Below are positions 21,960 to 32,841 of a stretch of DNA of 64,000 nt, in pieces; the stretch's first letter is position 1; each line of letters starts with the position of its first letter. The DNA lies in NCBI RefSeq assembly GCF_963921235.1, contig NC_086118.1:27158001-27222000 (forward strand), written 5' to 3'. This stretch comes from Mobula hypostoma. Its lineage: Eukaryota. The notes beneath the pieces were generated by a model. It did no database searches and had not been told where the DNA came from. It saw only the letters and a program-made list of their open reading frames with translations. The translations under genes and the position numbers were made by a program.

Positions 21960-24900
21960 CACACGAGACTGAACATGCTGGAATCTGGAACAACACACAA
22001 TGTAGTGGAGGAACTCGATGGGTCAGGCTGCGGCGATCAACATATTGGGTCAAGACTCTTCATCTGGACTGAAAGATAGAAGGGAGGTGGCCAGTGTAAA
22101 GAAGGGGAAAGGATGGAGCAGGAGCTGACAGGTGATAGGTGTATCCAGGTGAGGGGGATGGGGGGGAGTGAGGAGTGGAAATGGCTCCAAAACAGGGCGT
22201 AGATCAGTGGAAGTGACAAAGGGCTGAAGTGATATAGTCTAAGAGGGGAGGGTATGTACTTGGAATGAGCTGCCAGAAATAATGGCTGAGGTGGGCACAT
22301 TAGCAGTACAGCTGGGATAAATGAGTTGGCTGAAGGGCTTGTTTCTCTGTTACAAGACTCTATGAAGGTGGAACCCGGAACAGAAGGAGGGAGGTGCCTA
22401 GGTCAGAGGCATTTATTGGGGTGGGAGCCAGTGGAAGGAGCATGTGAGTGATAAGCAGAAGGAAAGGGGCCAAGGAGTGAAAGCAGGATAGAGATGGGAT
22501 CCAGGTAGATCAGGAGGGGAGAGAAAAGTATGGGGGGAGGCAGTTATTGTAAGCTGGAGAATTCAATGTTCGTAGCACAAGGCTGTGGGCTGCCCAGGCG
22601 GAGCTGTTCCTGTTCTTTGCATTTAGCCGCAATTTAGCAGAAGAGGAAGCCAAGAATAGAAATGTTCATGAGGGAATAGGAAGAAGAATTAAAACATCTG
22701 GCAACTGGGATATCCCAATGTCCATGGCAGAGGGAGCGAAGGTGCTCGCCAAAGCCATTGTCCGTTCTGCGTCCGGTCACACTGGTGTAGATTAGGCTGT
22801 AACAGGAGCATTGGATAACATGCATGTGCAAGGCTGCCTCTTCAGAAAGGACTCATTTGGCCCCTGGATGTTGGTGAGAGAGGAGGATCTATTATAATGC
22901 TCATGGCTGAGGTATTACATCGCAACAGAGGAGAAAATGCCTGGTGAATGAGGGGCATGATGTCATGGTCCGGTCCGTGAAGTCCGTGTTCCAGTTCACA
23001 GTCCAGTCCATGGACTCCGGACTCTGGGTCTTCCAGCTCTCCCTTGTTTCAGTTGGGCTTAATCATAGGCATGTGATGCTCGTCTTGAGGCTGGGAATAT
23101 AAGTGGCCCTGGGTTCAAGTTTGGGTGCTGGTTTGTCTCTTCAGTGTCCCGTCCTCACCTCTGTGGGGTAAGTCAGGCCGTCTTTGCTGGTACCCTGCAG
23201 TTGGATCTGTCCCTTTCTGTCCTTGCCTCTGTTGGGTAAGCCAGGTTGTCTTTGCCGTTACCCTGAGGCTGGACGGTTCCCTTCCCCTTCCTTCTGGAGC
23301 TTTGCCCCGCAATCTGTGTCTGGAATTTTGCCCCGCAACCTGTGTCACAATCTGTGTCTGGAGCCTTGCCATTTGCCGCTACATAGTGTTGGGAACTGTC
23401 TCTGTGTCCACGCCTTCGCTAGGTAGGTCCGACCGTTTGCCGCTACCTAGTGTTGGGAGCCATCTTGTCGCATTCAGCATTCTGTGTATTAGTCCCCGCC
23501 CTATGTCCTGTTCCCAAGGAGGGGTCCCGGCTCTGTGTTCGATGTTCCTGTCTCTGAAGTCCAAGGCTTCGTGTTCCCATGCTCTAGACCAAGGTACTGC
23601 GTTCCTGTCCTTTCCAAAACCAAGGCTCTGTTTTCTGCATTCCTGTCATCCCGAGTTCAAAGTTCCGAGGTTCCAGTCGTCCCAAGTCCAAGGCTTGGCT
23701 GTTCCTGAATACCAAGTCAAGGCTTCGTGTTTTCACCCTGTCCAGGAGTTGCCTCGTCCTGTCCAGTAGCCTCGCCTAGTCCTGTCTCCCAAGACCACGT
23801 CATGTCTTCGCCTAGTTCCGGAGTCCCAGCCCGAGTCAAGACCCAGGTTCTTGGTCCTTGTACAGTCTCTGGCTCAGAGTCAGAACCCAAGCCTTGTCAT
23901 GTCCTCACCATGAAGAACCCAAGCCATGTCCAGTGCTGTAGCCACGTCGTGTCCTCGCCTTGTTCCAGGGTCCGAGCCCAAGTCAAGACCCAGGTTCTGG
24001 TTCCTTGTCCAGTCTCTGGCTCAGAGTCCAAGCCCAGGCTCCTAGTTCCCAGTTCCTTGTCCTAGTCCCGTTTGCCTAGCCAATGCCCTAGCCCAAGTCC
24101 GCGTTCTTGTCCCAGCTCTCTAGTCAAGTCCTGTTCCTAGTACTTCAGTGTCTGTGTCTTGCATTTGGATCTGCCACCAAAGCCCCCCCACTTATGACAC
24201 ATGAGTGGATTAGATTCATGGAGGGAGGGATTCCTATGGAAAGCAAAGAGCGGAGGGGAGGGAAGGGGAAAATGTAAATGGTGGGGGGGTGTCAATGGAT
24301 TCAACAAAGGTTGAAAGGAAAGTTATGCTGGTGATAGGTGAGAGCTGGGGAATCTCTATCCTGGGTAAGGGCAGAGGTTTTGGGAAACAGAGGAGGTGAG
24401 TGTGAGGGCTCCATTAGTAACAGTAAGACATTTCAGATGTCTGGGTACGGATGGCCTCATGAGAACGGATGTGGAGGAACTGAGAAAAGGGAATCATATT
24501 CTTGTAAGTGGTAGAGTGAAAGATGGTGTCATTGAGGTACGATGGGAATTGGTGGGTTTGGTAGGTGTCAGTAAATAATCTTTCTCCTGAGATGGAACAC
24601 AAACAGATCAACAAAGAGAAAAGAGTTGTTGGGGACAGACTCAGTGAGTTGAGACCAGGGTGGAGGCTGGAATCAAAGTTGATGAAATGGTTAGGTTCTG
24701 CATGTGTGTAGTAAAGCTGCATCAATACAGCGATTAATGTCGTGGAGAAAGATTTGGGGTGTGGTGCCCAACTCGGTTTGGAACATAGACTGTTCCATAT
24801 AGCCAGTGAAAAGGCAGCCATAATAACTTGGCCCATGTGACTGCCCATAGCACCATCTTTGATCAGAAGAAAATAGGAAGAGCCAAAAGACACGTTGTTG

Positions 24901-25190
24901 AGGGTAAGTGCAATTCTGCCTGACAAGAGGAGGGCATTGGTGAAGGGGAATTGGATGGATCCATGTTCTAGAAAGAAACAGAGGTACGAGGCCTTCCTAA
25001 TGCAGGCTAGATATGTATAGGGGTGAGACATTCATAGTGAAAATTATGTGGTGGGGTTGAAGAAAAGAAAGTTGTTGAATTGGTGAAGAGCATGCGAGAT
25101 GTCATGGAGGGAGGTGGGAATGGACTGGACTGCGAGTACAAGATGGAGTCAACATGTAAGCGGCTAAATTCAGTCAGGTGGGAATCTTAC
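21960..25190 (-). mobile_element. Older decayed PLE (RT + GIY-YIG remnants), interrupted by a solo LTR and a short CR1 piece (~22250-22365)
   Basis: ORF 24414-25031 (LTLNNVSFGSSYFL.IKDGAMGSHMG) and ORF 22634-22831 (LIYTSVTGRR...FGEHLRSL...PVARCFNS); pLTR at ~21960-22075. Confidence 0.88.
22961..24199 (+). mobile_element. Solo LTR (1239 bp) of an LTR retrotransposon
   Basis: Termini TGTCAT...ATGACA. Exact 5-bp TSD CATGA (22956-22960, 24200-24204). TATA-like ATATAAG at ~23097. Internal ~60-bp direct repeats at ~23825 and ~23972. Confidence 0.9.
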
Positions 25191-25884
25191 AAAGGAGCTA
25201 GAAACAGTGCTGTTCCACTTATAATTTCCTTTTGAGAAAGACTCCTCTAACATTCCAGTTGTGACTCAGTTAAATCTATGATTCATACTGAGCTTCCAGA
25301 TTTTCATACCAGAAATTGTTGTAACTTACATGAATCAGGCCTTGTGCGTGGTTTTTAACCTGGAACATCTAACAAAATGAACAAAGTGGAATGGATAAAA
25401 GTTTGTCTTTGTTTTGTCAGTTTGTGTATTAATCTGCCGGTTAATGTCTGCTATGGGGAAGCATATCTGAAAAATAATTGGATTTCCACAGGAGATTACT
25501 GAATAACTATACTTTTGTTTTTTTGTTGGTTGACCCTGCTTGTCAGGATGATGGAGCAGTGTGGCCAACCTGTGTCTAACAAAATAAAAATATTTGATAT
25601 GGGAGGCAAAAAGTGTCTCTTCCAGGGAACAGATATTTCTAATATTAAAAACATATAGTGATCCAAATGAAATGCGAGAGAGAAGAAAAAAGGTTCCTCA
25701 TAGCTGCAAATACATTATTTCAGTCTCGCTGAGCAGTATGCATCTGCTGGGTTGCACTTGGTGAAATTAATAGTTCAATATAAATTAAATACGGATGAAT
25801 GAAGATTAAAAATACAAATATTTTGCTCAACAGAGGAACAGTTTTATGATGCGTGATTGGGAAAGTTACACTCAGTAAATCAGA

Positions 25885-26210
25885 TATGATAGAGATAGGC
25901 TTTATTTGTCACATGCATATTGAAACATAATGTGTAATGCATTGTTTGTGTAAAATCAAATCAACAAAGATTGTGCTGGGCAGTCCACAAGTGTCAGCAT
26001 GCTTCTGGCATCAATATAGCATGCCTGCAACTTACTAACCCAAACCGTATGTCTTTGAAATGTGGGAGGAAACCGGAGCACCCGGAGGAAATCCCTGCAG
26101 TTGTAGTGAGAACGTACAAACTCCTTACAGACAGTAGTGGGGATTGAACCCAGATAGGTGATCACGTGCTGTAAAGCATTCCACTAACCACTACGCTACC
26201 ATACTACCTA
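25885..26210 (-). mobile_element. V-SINE (tRNA-derived head + V domain)
   Basis: Minus strand has the head GGTAGCGTAGTGGTTAG (A box) and GGTTCAATCC (B box), then GGAGTTTGTACGTTCTC...TTTCCTCCGGGTGCTCCGGTTTCCTCCCACA (V domain). Confidence 0.85.
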
Positions 26211-26664
26211 CTTCGAATCTTGAATATATCTGAAAATAGCCCAACATTTTTTATCTGAAGACCCCAATAATAACATGATACACACATTTGATCTGAACTG
26301 GGCCCAATTCCAACCCAACAGCTCGATTTAATGTAGATCATTGTTAGTTTGATCAAAGACAAGTGTTTATGGTTGAACTTAAGTATGTTCAATGTGGTCG
26401 AAAAGCAGATTCTCAGTCTTGCTATGTGAAATTATTGCTTCCATTCAACAGAATCACCAGATTCCAGTACTCTAAAATATGTAAGAGCATTAGGGCTGAT
26501 ATCTTGCATCAAACTTAAAGGATAAAGTGATTTGCCTAAGCATTCACTAAATAATCTTAATGTGTTCCAAACTGCCATGGGCTCCTCTAAGTAAGGGACC
26601 TAAGGGACTGTGCAGACTTTTAGCTTAAGTTATTAATAAATGTCTTAAAGGTCATGTGAAGCCA

Positions 26665-26915
26665 TGAGAGCAGGTGGTGGATGGTTGTATGAGCATCTGG
26701 TGCATATCACAAGTCCTGGTTATGTGAACCCTGACGCCAGGCAGACAATCTCTGAAGAGTATTGGTAATGGCTGGGGTCACCCGTCTTGTAAAGACACTG
26801 CCCAGAAGAAGGCACTGGCAAACCTCTTCTGTAGAAAAATTTGCCAAGAACAATCATGGTCATGGAAAGACCATGATTGCCTACGTCGTATGGTATGGCA
26901 AATATGAACGAATGG
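26665..26915 (+). mobile_element. SINE-like repeat with an RTE-type tail motif
   Basis: GAAGAAGGCACTGGCAAACCTCTTCTGTAG...TTTGCCAAGAACAATCATGG resembles the GAAGGAAATGGCAACCCACTCCAGTATTCTTGCC motif of Bov-A/RTE-associated SINEs. Confidence 0.5.
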
Positions 26916-27470
26916 CAGTGTATTTGCATTTAATGAGGATTTATAGCATATTGAGACAAGGCAAAAATAGAATAAAATCTTTTAGGATCTATTGATATTT
27001 TTGCTATTGGCCTGGAAGATGTGATTTTGGTTTGAAGGAACACTTAGCCAGAGAGGCCTGTGCCAGTTATTGGCAAGACTAATTTCAGCTTAATTCCACT
27101 CAGCATGCTGTGCCCTCTCCCCAGGTCTTGTATATGATGAGCAGCTTAAATGGATGACAGCAAGCAACAAGCTCATCAATACTGCCTTGTTCAACTGTGT
27201 TGTAAAAAATCATTGCACTCTCCACATGTGAAGGAAGGGTCAATAATGCTTTTTTTCCCGTCAGAAAATTGAGATCACGTCAAGCGCAAGAATACTGCAA
27301 AATTGCCCTCCAAATCTGAAAAGTGATCGATGAGATCCAGGAGCTAAGAACAGGAATGTGTAGCGCTCAATTCATCCTTCTCACTTCCCATAGCAGAAAT
27401 ATCAACCTCCTCCAGGATCAAAAGAATTATGCAGCTCATTTTGCTGTGACTCTAAAGTCAGTATGCACAG

Positions 27471-27990
27471 CCTGTTCCTAATAAAGTGGCCACTGAGTGT
27501 ATGTTCATTGTCTTCTGCTGCTGTAGCCCATCCACTTCAAGGTTCAATGTGCTGTGCATTCAGAGATGATCTTCTGCACAACACTGTTGTTAATTCAGTT
27601 ACAGTTGCCTTCCAATCAGTTTGAACCAGTCTGACGATTATCCTCGGAGCCCTCTCATTAACAAGGCATCTTTACTCTTGCTGCTCCTCCCTGATGTCTT
27701 TTTTATGTTTTTTTGCTCCATTCTCTGTAAACTCTAGAGACTGTTCAGTGTGAAAATCTCAGGAGATCAGCAGTTTTTGAGATAGTCAAACTACCCCATC
27801 TGGCACTAATAATCATTCAATGGTCGCAGTCGCATTGATCACGTTTATTCCCCAATCTGATGTTTACTTTGAACTGAACCTCTTGACCATGTCAGCATGC
27901 TTTTATGCATTGAGTTGCTGCCATGTGATTGGCTGATTAGATATTTGCATTAACAAACAGGTGTATCTAATAAAGTGGCTATTGAGTGTA
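27471..27990 (-). mobile_element. Tc1-like non-autonomous element, same family as 19721-20815
   Basis: The body aligns with the 19.7-20.8 kb copy. The TIR sequence TAATAAAGTGGC.A.TGAGTGTA occurs at both ends in direct orientation. Confidence 0.8.
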
Positions 27991-27992
27991 TG

Positions 27993-28375
27993 CCCCACAT
28001 CCCCCTTGTACCCCATCTGTTATTTATTTATATACACACATTCTTTTTCTCTCTCTCTCTCTCTCTCTCCTTTTTCTCCCTCTGTCCCTCTGACTATACC
28101 CCTTGCCCATCCTCTGAGTTTCTTCCCCCCTCCTCCTTTTCCTTCTCCCTGGGCCACCTGCCCATGATTCTCTCATATCCCCTTTGCCAATCCTTCCCCC
28201 TCCTGTCTTCTCCTATCATTTTGGATCTCCCCCTCCCCCTCCCACTTTCAAATCTCTTACTAGCTTTTCCTTCAGTTAGTTCTGACGAAGGGTCTTGGCC
28301 CGAAACGTCGACTGTACCTCTTCCTAGAGATGCTGCCTGGCCTGCTGCGTTCACCAGCAACTTTGATGTGTGTTG
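27993..28375 (+). mobile_element. Young PLE 3'-end insertion
   Basis: Near-identical to 17885-18293. TSD ATTGAGTGTATG (27981-27992) / ACTGAGTGTATG (28376-28387). Confidence 0.9.
28278..28313 (+). ncRNA. Minimal type I hammerhead ribozyme, intact core
   Basis: AGTT-CTGACGA-A-GGG-TCTTGG-CCC-GAAA-CGTC-GACT. Stem I AGUU/GACU has one G-U pair; predicted cleavage is 3' of GUC at 28309. Confidence 0.8.
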
Positions 28376-28717
28376 ACTGAGTGTATGTTGGTGTCTTACT
28401 CCAAGGTTATTGGAATTAATTAACTCAAATCACTGAGTTTATTTTAATAACTAATGTTTTGGCTAGTAGCCAGTCTCTAATCTTTTCCAATGAACATTAT
28501 ATGAGGGCATTGTTCCTGATAAGTGGCAGCTTATTAAGATCTTTAAAGATTTTTAAACTTTATATTGGATCACCCATAGGTATCCAATCTAACTTGATGT
28601 GCTTTGCAAAATTCCCTTAATATCTAGAGGCTCATGTGGTCTCACATTCAACTCTCCTTCCCCTCTGATGGATTTAATTCAAGCCTCCGCTTATTATATG
28701 CATTCTTAGATATGCAT

Positions 28718-30748
28718 GTGGTCAATGTTTAGAAATCTCTTGCGGGATGTGAGGGATAAATTTGTCCCGGTGAGGAAGATAAAGAATGAGGGTGAAGGAA
28801 CCATGGGTGACAAGTGAGGTGGAAAATCTAGTCAGGTGGAAGAAGGCAGCATACATGAGGTTCAGGAAGCAAGGATCAGCTGGGTCTATTGAGGAATACA
28901 GGGAAGCAAGAAATGAGCTTAAGAAGGGGCTGAGGAGAGCAAGAAGGGGGCATGTGAAGGCCTTGGTGAGTATGCTAAAGGAAAACCCCAAGGCATTCTT
29001 CAATTATGTGAGCAAAAAAAGGATGACAGGAGTGAAGGTAGGACCAATTAGAGATAAAGGTGGGAAGCTGTGCCTGGAGGCTGTGGAAGTGAGCGAGGTC
29101 CTCAATGAATACTTCTCTTCAGTGTTCACCAATGAGAGGGAGCTTGATGATGGTGAGGACAATATGAGTGAGTTTGATGTTCTGGAGCATGTCAATATTA
29201 AGGGAAAGGAGGTGTTGGAGTTGTTAAAATACATTAGGATGGATAAGTCCCCGGGGCCTGACTGAATACGAGGCGAGGGAAGAGATTGCTGAGCCTCTGG
29301 CTAGGATCTTTATGTCCTCGTTATCCACGGGAATGGTAACAGAGGATTGAAGGGAGGCGAATGTTGTTCCCTTGCTCAAAAAAGGTAGTAGGGATAGTCT
29401 GGGTAATTATAGACCAGTAAGCTTTACGTCTGTGGTGGAAAAGCTGTTGGAAAAGATTCTTAGAAATAGGATCTCTGGGCATTTAGAGAATCATGGTCTG
29501 ATCAGGGACAGTCAGCATGGCTTTGTGAAGGGCAGATTGTGTCTAACAAGCCTGATAGAGTTCTTTGAGGAGGTGACCAGGTACATAGAAGAGGTCGTGC
29601 AGTGGATGTGATCTGCATGGATTTTAGTAAGGCATTTGACAAGGTTCCACACAGTAGGCTTATTCAGAAAGTCAGAAGGCATGGGATCCAGGGAAGTTTG
29701 GCCAGGTGGATTCAGAATTGGCTTGCCTGCAGAAGGCAGAGGGTCGTGGTGGAGGGAGTACATTCAGATTGGAGGATTGTGACTAGTGGTGTCCCACAAG
29801 GATCTGTTCTGGGATCTATACTTTTCGTGATTTTTATTAACGACCTGGATGTGGGGGTAGAAGGGTGGGTTGGCAATTTTGTAGACGACACAAAGGTTGG
29901 TGGTGTTGTAGATAGTGTAGAGGATTGTCGAAGATTGCAGAGAGACATTGATAGGATGCAGAAGTGGGCTGAAAAGTGGCAGATGGAGTTCAACCCAGAG
30001 AACTGTAAGGTGGTACACTTTGGAAGGACAAACTCCAAGGCAGAGTACAAAGTAAATAGCAGGATACTTAGTAGTGTGGAGGAGCAGAGGGATCTCGGGG
30101 TACATGTCCACAGATCCCTGAAAGTTGCCACACAGGTTGATAGGGTAGTTAAGAAAGCTTATGGGGTGTTAGCTTTCATAAATCTAGCGATAGAGTTTAA
30201 GAGTCGTGATGTAATGATGCAGGTCTATAAAACTCTGGTTAGGCCACACTTGGAGTACTGTGTCCAGTTCTGGTCGCCTCACTATAGGAAGGATGTGGAA
30301 GCATTGGAAAGGGTACAGAGGAGATTTACCAGGATGCTGCCTGGTTTAGAGAGTATGCATTATGATCAGAGATTAAGGGAGCTAGGGCTTTACTCTTTGG
30401 AGAAAAGGAGGATGAGAGGAGACATGATAGAGGTGTACAAGATAATAAGAGGAATCGATAGAATGGATAGCCAGCGCCTCTTCCCCAGGGCACCACTGCT
30501 TAATACAAGGAAGTTCAAGGGGGATATTAGAGGAAGGTTTTTTACTCAGAGAGTGGTTGGTGCGTGGAATGCACTGCCTGAGTCAGTGGTGGAGGCAGAT
30601 ACACTAGTGAAGTTTAGGAGATTACTAGACAGGTATATGGAGGAACTTAAGGTGGGAGGTTATATGGGAGGCAGGGTTTGAGGGTCGGCTCAACATTGTG
30701 GGCCAAGGGGCCTGTAATGTGCTGTACTATTCTATGATTCTATGATTA
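28718..30748 (+). mobile_element. CR1 LINE, 5'-truncated ORF2
   Basis: KSPGPD, NYRPVS, QHGFVKGR.CLT.L, DFSKAFDKVPH, SGVPQGSVLG, FVDDTK and LVRPHLEYCVQFWSP; (TTCTATGA)n tail. Confidence 0.95.
29602..30681 (+). pseudogene. CR1 reverse transcriptase segment (359 aa open)
   Basis: RT motifs DFSKAFD, GVPQGSVLG and FVDD. The upstream part of ORF2 is disrupted. Confidence 0.9.
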
Positions 30749-31169
30749 GCATAACCCTGTACACGTGATTGCTTTTTCATGCATCTACAATAAAGTGAAC
30801 TTGATAAATCTGTGCCCATTCAGCAGTCACAGCTGGATCAATGTGGATTTGTAATTCCTTTGCAAAGGTTCTGGCCCCATCACAAATTTTTGTTTTAATA
30901 CTCCCAATGAACCCTACATAAATATGAGTTGAAGTCTAAGGGGGAACTTTATATAATAAGCCAATTTTTCTTTAAAAATTACAAGGATCTCTGCCTCATG
31001 TACTCGCTTTGGTAACACAAACCATGCACCTGGAGTTTAATCCTTTCTTATAAACCTTTACTATCAATATCTCTTGTTACTGACACCTTAACCAAAGAGA
31101 ATGGCTATTTTGATTTTCTTAAAGCCTTTCAGAATCTTAAAAAACACCAAATATGTCTTTAGCAAGAGA

Positions 31170-31320
31170 AAACCTGCGAGTGCTGGAAATCCGAGTAACA
31201 CACAGAAAATGCTGGAGGAACTCAGCAGTCCAGGCGGCATCTAGGGAAAGAGTACAGGCGATGTTTAGGGCTGAAATATTTACCCAGTCCTGCGAAGTCC
31301 AGCGTTTTGTGTGTGTTGCC
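31170..31320. mobile_element. Short PLE pLTR remnant with a partial inverted arm
   Basis: ACACACAGAAAATGCTGGAGGAACTCAGCAG... followed by TCCAGCGTTTTGTGTGTGTTGC. Confidence 0.7.
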
Positions 31321-31412
31321 CAAATATATCTTTTCGTGGCCTCATCTGCTCCATAAGAAATAAATCTCGTACATCAAGTTTCTCCACATAACTGTAACTT
31401 CACATTCCTGAC

Positions 31413-31610
31413 CTTATCCTGATGAATCTATACTGACTAATCTCTTCAGAGAAAACTCCCTTGTATTTTCTGCTGTTGCGTTGTAACCTGGCTGGTGTGA
31501 AGCAGAAACTGTGGTATATGCCCACATTACATCAGCCCCCAGAGCCCTGCTTAGTTTCCACTCCCCCTTCGTCGTTCGTATCACTGAATGATGATAACCC
31601 TCACTAGTCC
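31413..31610 (-). other. Candidate 198-nt exon, product unknown
   Basis: Branch-like CTAAC plus a long pyrimidine tract ending CCCTTCATCAG; donor AAG/GTCAGG. One frame is open up to TAA in the last full codon. No family recognised. Confidence 0.25.
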
Positions 31611-32704
31611 CTGATGAAGGGCAAAAAGTAGAAATAAAACACAGCATGTTAGATTCATGAAACAAAGTGAGATGTGATGGATACAACCAAGCTCATTTAT
31701 TATAGAACAGCCCCTCACAAAGCAACCAAAAATCAAAGAAGATTGAACAACGGCTACGACATAAAGGTGAAATAAAGCAAACAAAGATCTGGAAGATTAC
31801 ATCGTATTAAGGAAAACAAATATCATCAATGCTGCACTTGAGAAATAATTAACAACATTGTATTGTACACACAACAAGAATATCAACAACAATATTGCAA
31901 TTATAGAAAGATGATTTAATCTCTTCCAAACTGAAATACAAGTACTGATTGAACATAATAGCAGCAAAATTAAACTATATGAAATGGGATCAGAAAATGC
32001 TTGACATACACAACAGGTCAGTCAATATCTGTAAAGATGAAAGTGAGTTTATGATATTTTGGGTATACAGTTTTCTAATGAACTGGTAAAATTGAAGCAG
32101 CATAAAATATGAGATAATATTATTGTATGTTCCCATTGTTTTTTTAATTTAATGTTTCCTATTTTTCAGTTTTCTCTTCTTTATATATGAATACATCCTA
32201 CAGATTTGAGGACAAACTGATAAGTCAGGATATATTATGGCAGATTTTACTACACTGTTCCCCTTGGAGCTCTACATAAGGCAGTGTCTATACATTTGCT
32301 CCAACATAATGCTGAAAAAGGAGAAAGCAAGGCAGGTTTAGATTAATAGATCAGTCGGAATCTGTTGCTTTGAAGGAATCTTGCTCACAATAAGACAAAT
32401 CAGATCATAAGTAATTTTCAGTGGTGATGTTTGTGAGAAGTGAGGTATAATATTCTGAAACTTTTCTTTCAACAGTGGAGTGAAAAGTAGAATTAGACAG
32501 GAGCAAGAGCATAACATGGCTTTACCTTGGGAAAGTAAATACTGTGGCAAAGTTTATCCCCCTGTAATATCTACAGTGAAAGGAGATCGTGACTTGGTTT
32601 CAACAAGTAAAGGAAAATATTTAAAACCAAAATATGGTTCACACTATCTTATTAAAAATAGTATTGTGGGCAATAGCATTTTCACAGAGTTCCTACTTGC
32701 AAAA

Positions 32705-32742
32705 CAGTCCTGACGAAGGGTCTCGGCCTGAAACGTCGACTG
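32705..32742 (+). ncRNA. Minimal type I hammerhead ribozyme, intact core
   Basis: CAGTC-CTGACGA-AGG-GTCTCGG-CCT-GAAA-CGTC-GACTG, with a 5-bp stem I. Confidence 0.82.
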
Positions 32743-32841
32743 CGCCTCTTCCTATAGATGCTGCCTGGCCTGCTGCGTTCACCAGCAACTTTGATGTATG
32801 TTGCTTGAATTTCCAGCATCTGCAGAATTCCTGTTGTTTGA
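32705..32841 (+). mobile_element. Minimal PLE insertion (hammerhead + pLTR end + tail)
   Basis: Near-identical to 49240-49372, but homology begins at hammerhead stem I. Confidence 0.9.

Noticed and set aside
23125..24065. 214-aa and 112-aa Ser/Pro/Cys-rich ORFs
   Set aside because: They fall within the low-complexity interior of the solo LTR.
26140..26210. tRNA-like A and B boxes
   Set aside because: This is the head of a V-SINE; no full cloverleaf is evident.
31606..31640. AGTCCCTGATGAAGGGC…GAAA resembling a hammerhead
   Set aside because: No stem II or stem I complement and no pLTR flanks; better explained as a minus-strand splice acceptor or chance.
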